A stretch of 64,000 bases of DNA, from assembly GCA_902787955.1 (NCBI GenBank), contig CADAIJ010000003.1, positions 13,907-77,906 of the forward strand, in the 5' to 3' direction. The translations under genes and the position numbers were made by a program. This document shows positions 55,121 through 64,000 of this stretch, piece after piece. The stretch comes from an uncultured Erysipelotrichaceae bacterium. Its GTDB lineage: Bacteria > Bacillota_I > Bacilli_A > RFN20 > CAG-826. The notes below the pieces were generated by a model. It was not told the DNA's origin and searched no databases. It saw only the letters and a program-made list of their open reading frames with translations. The stretch's first letter is position 1; the number at the start of each line of letters is the position of its first letter.

Positions 55121-55642
55121 ATGAAAGAATTCAAAGGATTATTACTTAAATATCTTCCTATCTCAGCAATGGGAATTACTGTTCTTTGCTTAGGTCTTCT
55201 TTTTATCCCACAATCCTTTCTCCAATTTAAGGTAATTAATCAATACTCTGGATTTGAAGCCCTGTTCTTCTTCTCCTGGGGTAATGATTATCTTAGAAAT
55301 AATGCAGGAAGTAATGGCGGCCCAATCGTAATTGGTATCGTCGCAATGGTCTTATTGATCTTAAGCGCTCCACTTTATGCATTAAGCAAGAAGTCATCCG
55401 CCGCGATGCTCCTTGGTTCAATTCTAACAGTTATTGGTGCAGTCATATTCCTCTCTATGGAACTCTGGATCAAATCCGTTTATAAAGGAAATGGTTCCTC
55501 GTTCTATATGACCTATGTCATCGGAGGACTCCTCCTTGTTACCGGTGGTCTTGGAATATACGCATCAATCGTTAGACTCCTTGAAGAAAAGAATGCTCCA
55601 GTTAAATCCTCGACTAAGAGCTATTCTTACCTCAAAAAATAA
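55121..55642 (+). CDS. Hypothetical integral membrane protein with about 5 TM helices.
   Basis: The RBS AAAGGAG precedes the ATG. Hydrophobic segments throughout. Confidence 0.5.
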   Translation: MKEFKGLLLKYLPISAMGITVLCLGLLFIPQSFLQFKVINQYSGFEALFFFSWGNDYLRNNAGSNGGPIVIGIVAMVLLILSAPLYALSKKSSAAMLLGSILTVIGAVIFLSMELWIKSVYKGNGSSFYMTYVIGGLLLVTGGLGIYASIVRLLEEKNAPVKSSTKSYSYLKK

Positions 55643-55693
55643 TCATACGTTAGATAGATTAGAAAACTCGATCCAAATGGGTCGAGTTTTTTG

Positions 55694-56086
55694 TTATAAA
55701 TGAATGATTTCTTTTTTAGGTTTCTTATTAACTTTGTTAAAACCTTTTTTATTATTATGAAGATATAGTTGAGCAATTGAATCTCCAACAGGAGTTATCT
55801 TTAGATATAGATCATCATTTTCCTTATTATATATTTCTTTAAGATAATCTAATTTAACTAAATATTTAATATAAGCACAGACACGTCTACTAGGTATTGA
55901 TAATAAAGTTCCATAAGTTCTTAAATAAGTGAAAAGAATTGTTTCATTATCTTCTTTACCAGTGAGAATATTAAATACCCCTTTCGCGGTTGGATAAAAC
56001 TCCTTATCGTTAAGTTCGCTTATAGTAATAAGGATTTTATAATGGGCTAGTGATAATTCATCTTTAGACTTTTTTAAGCGCGCCAT
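55694..56086 (-). CDS. Hypothetical protein, possibly a winged-helix protein. Start chosen at MARLKK.
   Basis: ORF of about 130 aa. No diagnostic motif. Confidence 0.35.
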   Translation of the reverse strand: MARLKKSKDELSLAHYKILITISELNDKEFYPTAKGVFNILTGKEDNETILFTYLRTYGTLLSIPSRRVCAYIKYLVKLDYLKEIYNKENDDLYLKITPVGDSIAQLYLHNNKKGFNKVNKKPKKEIIHL

Positions 56087-56145
56087 AATAAAAATATTAT
56101 CACATTTATTGAAATAAAAAATCAAAGTTATATAATTACACCGAT

Positions 56146-56385
56146 ATGGAAGAAAAAGACGCAAATATTGAATTAATTAAAATCACTCTTGATAAGATTA
56201 GACCATTCATTAATCGTGATGGCGGAGATGTTGAATTTATCCGTTTCGAAGATGGAATTGTTTATGTTAAGATGATTGGCGCTTGCGAAGGCTGCGCTTT
56301 AATTGATAGCACCCTTTCCGAAGGAATTAAGATTATTTTAATGGAAGAAGTTCCAGGTGTTATCGATGTCCGTTTAGCGGAATAA
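56146..56385 (+). CDS. NifU-like (Nfu) Fe-S cluster scaffold domain protein.
   Basis: 79 aa with a CEGCAL (CxxC) motif in a NifU C-terminal-domain context. Confidence 0.7.
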   Translation: MEEKDANIELIKITLDKIRPFINRDGGDVEFIRFEDGIVYVKMIGACEGCALIDSTLSEGIKIILMEEVPGVIDVRLAE

Positions 56386-56453
56386 TTTATTTATATTAGA
56401 TTTATACCTCGTTAGTTATTGCTAATGGGGTTTTTATTTTTTAAGATAATAAT

Positions 56454-56852
56454 ATGCCTAAAAAATTGCGCAAAAAACATTTCTTAATATCTCTTACAAT
56501 TGCAAACTTTTTCCTTTGGGGTGCTGTGGATGGTTTTATAGGCGCTTTTGCCTTTATGTATTTTTTCATGCCTAAAGAATTCGCCGGATTTAACGAACTA
56601 TTTGTTAAATGGTTCAATGACTGTGGGTTTGATCCATCTTTACTTCAACCACTATTCGTAGTTGGAATTGCATTATCTGCGACGATTATAATTGCCTATA
56701 TCCTTAACTTCATTCTGGATATAGTGGCCCTAATAACTGATAAAAAGCCAATTGTTATCATTAATTTGATTCTCGCTATTATATCAATAAATCCATTCAT
56801 GATAATTAGTTCCGCTGCTCACTTAAAAGCGATAAATAACAACTGGGAATAA
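56454..56852 (+). CDS. Hypothetical membrane protein.
   Basis: 132 aa with 3-4 TM helices. Confidence 0.4.
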   Translation: MPKKLRKKHFLISLTIANFFLWGAVDGFIGAFAFMYFFMPKEFAGFNELFVKWFNDCGFDPSLLQPLFVVGIALSATIIIAYILNFILDIVALITDKKPIVIINLILAIISINPFMIISSAAHLKAINNNWE

Positions 56853-56941
56853 AAAGATTAAGAAGCACTAGAATAATTCTAAGTGCTTTTTATTTTATAT
56901 AAATATTTAATTATGCTAATATTTTTAAGCAAAGGAGGTTA

Positions 56942-58348
56942 GTGTTTATGATTAGTAAAAAAGTTGCTCTTGAAGTACTTAATGAAGCTCTTTCGACCGG
57001 TGCAGACTACGCGGAAATCTTTTTAGAAGATTCTATTGCTCGTGGTGTTTCAATTGAAAATGGAAAAGTAGATACTTCTTCATCTGTCACTGCCACTGGC
57101 TGTGGACTTCGTTTACTTAAAGAAAATAGAACCGTTTATGGTTACACTACCGATTTAACAAGAAACGGATTACTTAAATTAGCGGCTACTTTAAAGAAAT
57201 CTTTTGATGGTGAAAGAATCTTAACCGTTACAAAGTTTGATTTGGTTAAAGCTAAAAATAGAAATCCAATTATTAGATCTTATAACGATGTCTCTCGTGA
57301 AGAGATTATTAGTTTATTAAGAATTGGTGATGATGCGATTCAAGAATTAAAAGATCCTCGCATTGTAAGAACTATTTCTTCCTTCTCCTATCATCACCGT
57401 GATGTCACTGTCTATAACTCTAAAGAAAGATGGTTTAGAAGACAAACAGAATTTGGCCGCGCTGCTTATATGGTAGTCGCTGCTAATGAAAAAGGATTTG
57501 AAACTGGCTTTAGTGGTCCAGGTACTCAAACAGATATTTCTTATTTCACTAAGAAACTTAATCTTAAAGATATAGCTTTAGATACTGTTAGAGTGGCTTT
57601 ACAAAACTTAGAAGCTAAAGAATGTCCAAGTGGTGTCATGCCAGTCATTATTGGTAATGGTTGGGGTGGCGTTTTATTCCATGAATCATGTGGTCACCCA
57701 CTTGAAGCAAGCTCTTCCTTCTTAGGTTTATCTTGTTTCAGCGATAAAAATGGCGAAATGATTGCTAACCCAGTTGTTTCCGCGGTTGATGATTCCACAA
57801 TCCCAGGTGAATGGGGTTCAATCGATATCGATGATGAAGGCAATCCAGGACAAAAACGTCAACTCATCAAAGATGGTGTCTTAGTTGGTAACATGATTGA
57901 TGACTTTAATGGTAGACGTAAAAATATGGAAGGTAATGGTGCTTCTAGACGTCAAAACTATAAGTTCTGTCCAACTAGCCGTATGTCAAATACTTATATT
58001 GAAAACGGTAAGAGCACTAAAGAAGAAATTATTAAAGCCACTAAACTTGGTTTATATACTGTTGGCTTTAATGGTGGTTCCGTTAACCCTGCTACTGGTG
58101 AATTTAACTTCGGTTGTAGCGAAGCTTATATCGTTCGTGATGGTAAAATCTGTGAACCAGTTAAAGGTGCAACCTTAATTGGTAAAGGATTTGAAATCTT
58201 AAAAGATATCGATATGGTCGCTAATGACTTAGCTTTTGGCCAAGGTATGTGCGGCGCTGCTAGTGGTTCAATTAGAACTAATGTTGGTCAACCAACCTTA
58301 AGAATTTCCAAAGTCTTCGTTGGTGGAAGAGGAGGAGAATTAAAATAA
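56942..58348 (+). CDS. tldD: TldD-family metalloprotease.
   Basis: The HExxxH motif HESCGH in a TldD-like protein of about 465 aa. Confidence 0.8.
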   Translation: MFMISKKVALEVLNEALSTGADYAEIFLEDSIARGVSIENGKVDTSSSVTATGCGLRLLKENRTVYGYTTDLTRNGLLKLAATLKKSFDGERILTVTKFDLVKAKNRNPIIRSYNDVSREEIISLLRIGDDAIQELKDPRIVRTISSFSYHHRDVTVYNSKERWFRRQTEFGRAAYMVVAANEKGFETGFSGPGTQTDISYFTKKLNLKDIALDTVRVALQNLEAKECPSGVMPVIIGNGWGGVLFHESCGHPLEASSSFLGLSCFSDKNGEMIANPVVSAVDDSTIPGEWGSIDIDDEGNPGQKRQLIKDGVLVGNMIDDFNGRRKNMEGNGASRRQNYKFCPTSRMSNTYIENGKSTKEEIIKATKLGLYTVGFNGGSVNPATGEFNFGCSEAYIVRDGKICEPVKGATLIGKGFEILKDIDMVANDLAFGQGMCGAASGSIRTNVGQPTLRISKVFVGGRGGELK

Positions 58349-59673
58349 TGAAATACGATAAGTTTTTTGCTATTGCTAAAGAAAAAGGTATCGAAGAAAG
58401 TGAACTTAGAGTTTCTACTTCATACGCTTTAAACATTTCTCTCTTCCATGGTGAAATTAGCCAATACACTGTTGAAGATGGTTCAAGCTATACCGCTAGA
58501 GGTATCTTTAACGGTAAATTTGGTTCTGCTTCATCTGATGTCTATAATTCCAAAAAAGCCGAGTTCTTAGTGGATGAAATCGTTAATAACGCGAAAGTTA
58601 TTCAAAACGAAGATCCTGCTATCATATTTAAAGGTAGTGAAAAATATCACAAAATTAATACCTTTAGTAAAACTCTTGGAGAGATTTCGATTGATAAAAA
58701 GATTGAGACTTTATTCGCTTTAGAAAAAAGACTTAAAGAAATCGATTCAAGAATCGTCGAAGTCGAAGGAGTTGATTATAGTGAAGATGTTACATCTATC
58801 TCTATCTTTAATTCCCATGGTTTAAAACTCACTCAAAAACTAAATTACTATTATCTTTCTGGAGCAGTTGTCGCTAAAGAAAACGAACAAGTTAAAACTG
58901 CTTATGAAATTAAGATTGGTAATGACTTCTCAGAAGTTAATGTTGATGAGCTTGCTCACACTATTGTCAATAAAGCTCTTGCTCAACTTGGTGGGGAACC
59001 ATGTAAATCAAAGAAATATAAAGCAGTCTTAGCTCCTGAAGTTATGGCCGCGTTCGCTAGTGTTTATGTTGATCACGCTAGCGCTGAAAGTGTTCAAAAA
59101 CAATCATCCTTATTTATTGGTAAAGTTGGCCAAAGCGTTGCTTCTAAAAAAGTCACTATCGAAGATAAGCCTCTTCAAAAAGGCAATGTCTTCTCAAGAT
59201 GGTTTGATGATGAAGGTGTCGCAACATATAACAAAGCCATCATTAAAAAAGGTGTTTTACAAGGCTATTTGTATTCTTTAACCACTGCTGCTAAAGATGG
59301 TGTTACTTCCACTGGTAACGGTGCTAGACATGGCTCCAAGATTGGTGTTGAACCATTCGCCTTATATTTAAAACCAGGTAAGAAGAGCCAAGAAGAATTA
59401 TTTAAGAAAGTTAAAGATGGTGTTTATATCACTGAAGTCCAAGGCTTACACGCTGGTATGAACGGACAATCTGGTAACTTCTCCCTTCAATCTACTGGTT
59501 TCTTAATTAAAGACGGTAAACTTGATAAAGGCTTAGATGTTATTACAATATCAGGTAACTTAGTCGATGTTATGAATGATATCGTTGAAGTTGGCGCTGA
59601 TTCCAAGATCTTACTTGGTGGTAATACCTTCTCAAGCGTTATCGTTAAGAAGTTAGCGGTAGGCGGTAAATAA
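58348..59673 (+). CDS. pmbA: PmbA/TldE-family protein, partner of TldD.
   Basis: 441-aa TldD/PmbA fold paralog that lacks HExxxH. Its start overlaps the tldD stop. Confidence 0.75.
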   Translation: MKYDKFFAIAKEKGIEESELRVSTSYALNISLFHGEISQYTVEDGSSYTARGIFNGKFGSASSDVYNSKKAEFLVDEIVNNAKVIQNEDPAIIFKGSEKYHKINTFSKTLGEISIDKKIETLFALEKRLKEIDSRIVEVEGVDYSEDVTSISIFNSHGLKLTQKLNYYYLSGAVVAKENEQVKTAYEIKIGNDFSEVNVDELAHTIVNKALAQLGGEPCKSKKYKAVLAPEVMAAFASVYVDHASAESVQKQSSLFIGKVGQSVASKKVTIEDKPLQKGNVFSRWFDDEGVATYNKAIIKKGVLQGYLYSLTTAAKDGVTSTGNGARHGSKIGVEPFALYLKPGKKSQEELFKKVKDGVYITEVQGLHAGMNGQSGNFSLQSTGFLIKDGKLDKGLDVITISGNLVDVMNDIVEVGADSKILLGGNTFSSVIVKKLAVGGK

Positions 59674-59734
59674 TCTTACTTAACTAAACAAAAAACTCTA
59701 GGTTCACCCTAGAGTTTTTATTATAAATAATAAA

Positions 59735-61300
59735 TTAGTATTGAATCGTGGAGATATTGAATTCAGAAACGGAGTTCTTGAAGTTCTTAGTTTCAATCTT
59801 CTTTAAGATAGAAATTTGATTAGAAACTGATTCACGAATAACAATGCCGGTTGGAATTACTTCACCACCATGGCCACCGAAATAGGCTTCGTTAGATTCC
59901 ATAAAGTCAGAAGTAATAACGTAATATTCAGTACTATTATCGATAGCTTTATTAGATAAGTTATGCCATGTTGAATAGTTACCACCCATACCATTCTTTA
60001 AGAATTTAGTTTTAAGAACATCACCAGTAATCTTAATAATGACGACTTCATTATCGAATGGGAATGACTCATAAACTTGTCCATAGGTAATATCACCTTG
60101 AGCGATATCTTTACGAACACCACCGTTTCTATTATGGAAGGAAGCAACGATGTTATAGTCTTTAAAATCGACTGAACGTTTAACTTCTTCTTTCATAGAA
60201 TAAACCGCTAAGTTAGCTAAGGTATCTTGAATCTTTAAAGTACCATCAGTAGAACCTAAAACTTTAGCTTTAACTGTACCAATGATGTTTTCACTGTATT
60301 GATCGATTAAAGACTTAATATCTTTATCTTCAGCGTAGTTAACTGCGGTTGGGTTAGTATCAATTTCATGAACGCTGGTAGATACTTCTTTAGTAGATTT
60401 ATTAATCTTTAATTGAAGATGTGGAATCGTTTGAGCGTATGGTTCAGATTGAAGGAAGGCTAAATCAAAAGCTTCGTTATATAAGTTTCCGTTAGTGTGG
60501 GAGTGACCTCCGAAAACACCATTAATACCAAGATCAGTAGTATAAAGAGTATTTAATTCGACAGCATCTCTATGAGATGACCATAAAATAACATCGCACT
60601 TTTCTTCAGTTTTTAGTCTACTTGCTTCCGCTGTTACGATTTCAATTTCATTTTTAAAATCGACATCAGAAATAGCGGATGGAATAATCGAACGACGGAT
60701 ATTATCGCCGATTGTACCGATAATACCTACTTTATAATCACCACGAGTAATAACTCTACTTGGAGAATATAAATTTGCGATTTGTCTAGTAGAACGGTCA
60801 TAAATATTCGCACCTAAGATTGGGAATGTAGCTTTATTCTTGTTGTTTTCAATCCATTTCTTAGTCCAGTCAAATTCGTGGTTACCCATTGTCATTGAAT
60901 CAAAACCGATTACATCCATGGAATAAGTAACAAGATTTCCTCTAGTTAAGTTAGAGTCAGCGGAACCTTGCCACATATCGCCACCGGAAAGAATGACTGT
61001 GCCACCTGGGTTAGCTTCTCTTTTCTTATCAAAATAAGAACCAAGACGAGCTAAGCCAATTTGTTTTTCTTGAGCGTTATATTGAACTGCGCCATGAAAA
61101 TCACTTAATTCATAAATATCTAAATAATCATAAGTTCCATCGGTTTTAATAGCGCCTACATTTTTATTTTTAAATTCAGGAAGATTAGGAGTGTATGTTT
61201 CAATGTCTCCAGTAGCAGCGGCACCACCACAGCTAACTAAAAGAGGGAGTAACAAAAAAAGAGATAGTTTGTTTATCTTCATATTCTTAAATCCTTTCAT
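59735..61300 (-). CDS. Lipoprotein 5'-nucleotidase/metallophosphoesterase (UshA/YfkN family).
   Basis: Lipobox LLVSCGG. Calcineurin-like motifs D..GNHEFD. C-terminal 5'-nucleotidase domain. Confidence 0.75.
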   Translation of the reverse strand: MKGFKNMKINKLSLFLLLPLLVSCGGAAATGDIETYTPNLPEFKNKNVGAIKTDGTYDYLDIYELSDFHGAVQYNAQEKQIGLARLGSYFDKKREANPGGTVILSGGDMWQGSADSNLTRGNLVTYSMDVIGFDSMTMGNHEFDWTKKWIENNKNKATFPILGANIYDRSTRQIANLYSPSRVITRGDYKVGIIGTIGDNIRRSIIPSAISDVDFKNEIEIVTAEASRLKTEEKCDVILWSSHRDAVELNTLYTTDLGINGVFGGHSHTNGNLYNEAFDLAFLQSEPYAQTIPHLQLKINKSTKEVSTSVHEIDTNPTAVNYAEDKDIKSLIDQYSENIIGTVKAKVLGSTDGTLKIQDTLANLAVYSMKEEVKRSVDFKDYNIVASFHNRNGGVRKDIAQGDITYGQVYESFPFDNEVVIIKITGDVLKTKFLKNGMGGNYSTWHNLSNKAIDNSTEYYVITSDFMESNEAYFGGHGGEVIPTGIVIRESVSNQISILKKIETKNFKNSVSEFNISTIQY

Positions 61301-62094
61301 TATTTAAATGATATAAAATTTTCTTTCTTATTACAAATGACATATCCGTTTCGGTTATAAACGTCTTCTCTATTATAAGAAATAGAGTTTCCATCTATAT
61401 CAGAAAAATAGCCACCTGCTTCAGTGATAATAATATGCATCGCACAAGTATCCCATTCTTTCGTGTTATGGGTGGTACGATAACAAACATCGGCGACACC
61501 TTCTGCAATTAAACAACCCTTCTTAGATGAACCAGAAGTGATAATTGAAGGGATTTGTGCAGCGTTTTTCTTATAAAATTCCCAATCTTCGTCTCTTGTA
61601 TGGAAGTGAGAAACAAGGCCAATTAAATCTTTAGTTCTATTACTAACATGGATTTGTTTAACGTTGCCATTTGGTTCAATTTTATAAGCCCCTTTTCCTT
61701 TAATCGCGTAATAAATGATGTTATCCGCGGGAGTCATAATAACACCTAAAACTGGTTCATGTTTATACGCTAAACCGACATTAATAGAAAAATCGCCATC
61801 ATGGGCGATAAAATCTTTAGTGCCATCAATTGGATCGATAATCCAGACATAATCATTACTTAGTCTAGATAAATCATCACTACTTTCTTCAGTTAAGAAA
61901 GCATAAGATGGGAAATTTTTATGTAAATGCTCTCTTATAAGAGAATCTGCTAATTTGTCAGCTTTAGTGACCGGTGAATTATCTTCTTTGATTTCAACTC
62001 CTAAATTGCCGTCGTTATAAATCTTCATCACTTCAACGGATGCTTTTTTAACAACTTCTAAGACAACTTCGAGTTCTTTATTCACCGTCATCAC
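61300..62094 (-). CDS. Inositol monophosphatase / CysQ-family 3'(2'),5'-bisphosphate nucleotidase-like protein.
   Basis: The IMPase motifs FLTEES and WIIDPIDGTKDF. Confidence 0.7.
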   Translation of the reverse strand: MMTVNKELEVVLEVVKKASVEVMKIYNDGNLGVEIKEDNSPVTKADKLADSLIREHLHKNFPSYAFLTEESSDDLSRLSNDYVWIIDPIDGTKDFIAHDGDFSINVGLAYKHEPVLGVIMTPADNIIYYAIKGKGAYKIEPNGNVKQIHVSNRTKDLIGLVSHFHTRDEDWEFYKKNAAQIPSIITSGSSKKGCLIAEGVADVCYRTTHNTKEWDTCAMHIIITEAGGYFSDIDGNSISYNREDVYNRNGYVICNKKENFISFK

Positions 62095-63046
62095 CTCTTT
62101 TAGCTAAATCATCAAGATCATTAATAATCTTCATGCATTCATCCCAAGACCAATTATCAAGTCTTGCTCCTGATGCACAGCGATGTCCACCACCGCCATA
62201 CTTAGCAGCAATCTTTTGAATATTTAAGGTTTGAGATCTAAACTCGCAGCGGATAAATCCTTCTGGAGAGCGGGTCATAAGAATCCAAATTGGACAACCC
62301 TTAATATTTCCTAAAACATTAACGTTTTTCGAAATCTTATCAAATGTTAAATCATATTGTTCATAATCTTTTGGATCTGCGAAACAATAAATAACACCAT
62401 GCTCAGTTTGTTTAAATTTAGTAATTAATAAAGCTTGGTATTTAACGACATTTGCATCACTTTGATAAAGAATATCAAACATTGTTTTAGGATTAATTCC
62501 GATTTCATAGAGTTTAGCGACAACATAGTGAGTACGCTCATTAGTTGGGGCGTATCTAAATCTTCCGGAATCAGTACAAATTCCCAAATATAGGGCTTCT
62601 GCGGCTAAATTTGAGATTTTTAGATGATAATGAAGAGCGAATTCTGCAATCATTTGGCAAGCAGCAATTGCGCCATTATCAACCCATTTAATAGTTCCTT
62701 CGAATGGAACAGATTCAATATGATGATCGATTTTAATTATTTCTTTAGCGAGTTTAATTCTTTGTTCAGAGATACGAGCGATTTCAGAGCAGTCGACAAT
62801 AATCGCTAAAGATTCTTTAATTACATCGTCTGAAACTTCATCATATCTAGATAAACGTTCAAACATGTAATCTGGACCAAATCCTAAAGCGTAAACTTTC
62901 TTGTTCTTAAAATTATCACGAATAATTTCGCGTAGACCAATAGAACTACCATAGCAGTCACAGTCAGGATTAATATGACCATAAATGGTAATGGTGTCGT
63001 ATTGTTTAATCTTTTTTAAGATGGCTTTACAAGCTTTTTTGTCCAT
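62078..63046 (-). CDS. nrnA: DHH/DHHA1 phosphoesterase NrnA (oligoribonuclease / pAp phosphatase).
   Basis: DHH motif (KIDHH) and DHHA1 GGGH motif. Confidence 0.75.
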   Translation of the reverse strand: MDKKACKAILKKIKQYDTITIYGHINPDCDCYGSSIGLREIIRDNFKNKKVYALGFGPDYMFERLSRYDEVSDDVIKESLAIIVDCSEIARISEQRIKLAKEIIKIDHHIESVPFEGTIKWVDNGAIAACQMIAEFALHYHLKISNLAAEALYLGICTDSGRFRYAPTNERTHYVVAKLYEIGINPKTMFDILYQSDANVVKYQALLITKFKQTEHGVIYCFADPKDYEQYDLTFDKISKNVNVLGNIKGCPIWILMTRSPEGFIRCEFRSQTLNIQKIAAKYGGGGHRCASGARLDNWSWDECMKIINDLDDLAKRGDDGE

Positions 63047-63051
63047 TTAAA

Positions 63052-63462
63052 TTAAAACTCATCCTCTTCGTTTTTGTTTTCTTTTTCTTCTTCGGAGTCT
63101 TCAGAATCGCCGTCTTTTTCTTCGTAGACTTCTTCTTCGTCTTCTCCTAATTCTTCTTTAAGAAGTTTCTTTTCTTCTTCGTCGACATCTTCATCATCGT
63201 TACCGTAATCAGCAATATTTACATAAGTGTCTTTGAATTCATATCTACTTCTAAGATCCCAGGTATTACCTTCGAATGATGCAAAGCGACCATCAAGAGA
63301 TAATTGGGTGTAGAGTTTAGCCATTTCTTTTTTATATTGATTAGCGTCTAAGGTTCTACCACTTCTACTGATAACTGCTTCAAATAAATCTTTGAAAACA
63401 ATTTTGCCTTTTGATTCATTAATGACTTCAAATGCGAGATCTAATAATGATTTTTCTGACAT
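63052..63462 (-). CDS. rpoE: DNA-directed RNA polymerase delta subunit.
   Basis: The N-terminal HARE-HTH-like region SLLDLAFEVI is followed by a long acidic D/E tail. Confidence 0.8.
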   Translation of the reverse strand: MSEKSLLDLAFEVINESKGKIVFKDLFEAVISRSGRTLDANQYKKEMAKLYTQLSLDGRFASFEGNTWDLRSRYEFKDTYVNIADYGNDDEDVDEEEKKLLKEELGEDEEEVYEEKDGDSEDSEEEKENKNEEDEF

Positions 63463-63479
63463 AACTTTCCCTCCTAAGG

Positions 63480-64000
63480 TTACATTTTCTTTGGAGCACT
63501 AACCCCAATTAAGGTAAGTGCATTTTTTAAAACAATTTGACAAGCTTTTACTAAAGCAAGTCGGCTTGATGTGACGTCTAAGTTATCACGATCTATGACA
63601 CGACATTCACTATAGAAGGCATGAACGAAGCCTGCTAAACGTTGAATGTAAGTGGCAATCAAGTTTGGTTCGCGGTTAGCCGCGCTTGTTTCGACAAGTC
63701 TTGGGAAATCAAGTAAACACTTAATTAACTCGACTTCTGCAGGTTCTTTTAAGTTTTTGGCGCTTAAATCGATTTCAATATCGCTCGATTTTTCTAAAAC
63801 ATTGCATAATCTAGCGTGAGCGTATTGAGCGTAATAAACTGGGTTAGAAGAACTCTTTTCAGTCGCGAGATCTAAATCGAAATCTAAATGGGATGAAGCA
63901 GCACGTGAGACGAAGAAATATCTAACAGCGTCCACTCCAACATCTTCACAAAGTTCTCTTAAAGTGATACCTGCACCAGTTCGTTTTGACATTTTCATTT
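63480..64000 (-). CDS. argS: Arginine--tRNA ligase, C-terminal part. The N-terminus lies beyond the window end.
   Basis: A KMSKRTG (KMSK-like) motif followed by a DALR anticodon-binding domain. The ORF is open to the window edge. Confidence 0.8.
   Translation of the reverse strand, partial: MKMSKRTGAGITLRELCEDVGVDAVRYFFVSRAASSHLDFDLDLATEKSSSNPVYYAQYAHARLCNVLEKSSDIEIDLSAKNLKEPAEVELIKCLLDFPRLVETSAANREPNLIATYIQRLAGFVHAFYSECRVIDRDNLDVTSSRLALVKACQIVLKNALTLIGVSAPKKM

Noticed and set aside
1-64000. Mycoplasma-type genetic code (TGA = Trp).
   Set aside because: Conserved proteins such as RNase J, TrpRS, MetK and MgtE are full length with standard translation. TGA coincides with expected stops, for example the ORF ending at 58-60, so the standard code is in use.

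Overview
This is a low-GC (~30% GC) Bacillota/Mycoplasmatota-like window (Erysipelotrichia- or Acholeplasma-like). The standard genetic code is in use: long ORFs are intact with TGA acting as a stop codon. The ylbF-rsmD-coaD order and rpoE (RNAP delta subunit) fit this lineage.

The housekeeping backbone contains coaD, rsmD, def, RNase J, maf, spx, trpS, rluD-like, hpf, metK, mgtE, ispD/tarI-like, pgi, tldD/pmbA, nrnA, rpoE and a partial argS. There are eight tRNAs: Ser-GGA, Leu-GAG, and a cluster of Val, Tyr, Gln, Lys, Leu, Gln.

Accessory content falls into seven groups:
1. Three divergent COG1373/DUF4143 AAA+ ATPase paralogs. Each is bracketed by copies of a conserved ~170-bp composite repeat module (two hairpins plus spaced direct repeats). 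One copy truncates an abiEi/abiEii toxin-antitoxin pair next to tRNA-Ser.
2. A minus-strand surface-protein/mscS transcription unit and a separate secreted-protein gene. Both are preceded by the same 19-bp palindrome. They sit beside a two-component system whose response regulator has an unusual XRE-HTH + receiver domain order and whose kinase is LytS-like.
3. A rhamnose/rhamnoside utilization locus: a BMP-type ABC transporter, GH3, a GH78-like protein, rhaD-rhaB-rhaA, and a divergent AraC regulator fused to a GH39-like domain.
4. A STAS + PP2C/RsbW-like partner-switching pair.
5. A metK leader with a promoter and an intrinsic terminator, resembling a SAM riboswitch.
6. A membrane-anchored PTS EIIB-like domain lacking the catalytic cysteine.
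7. An orphan IS3 OrfA-like gene next to tRNA-Leu.

No CRISPR array and no rRNA were seen.
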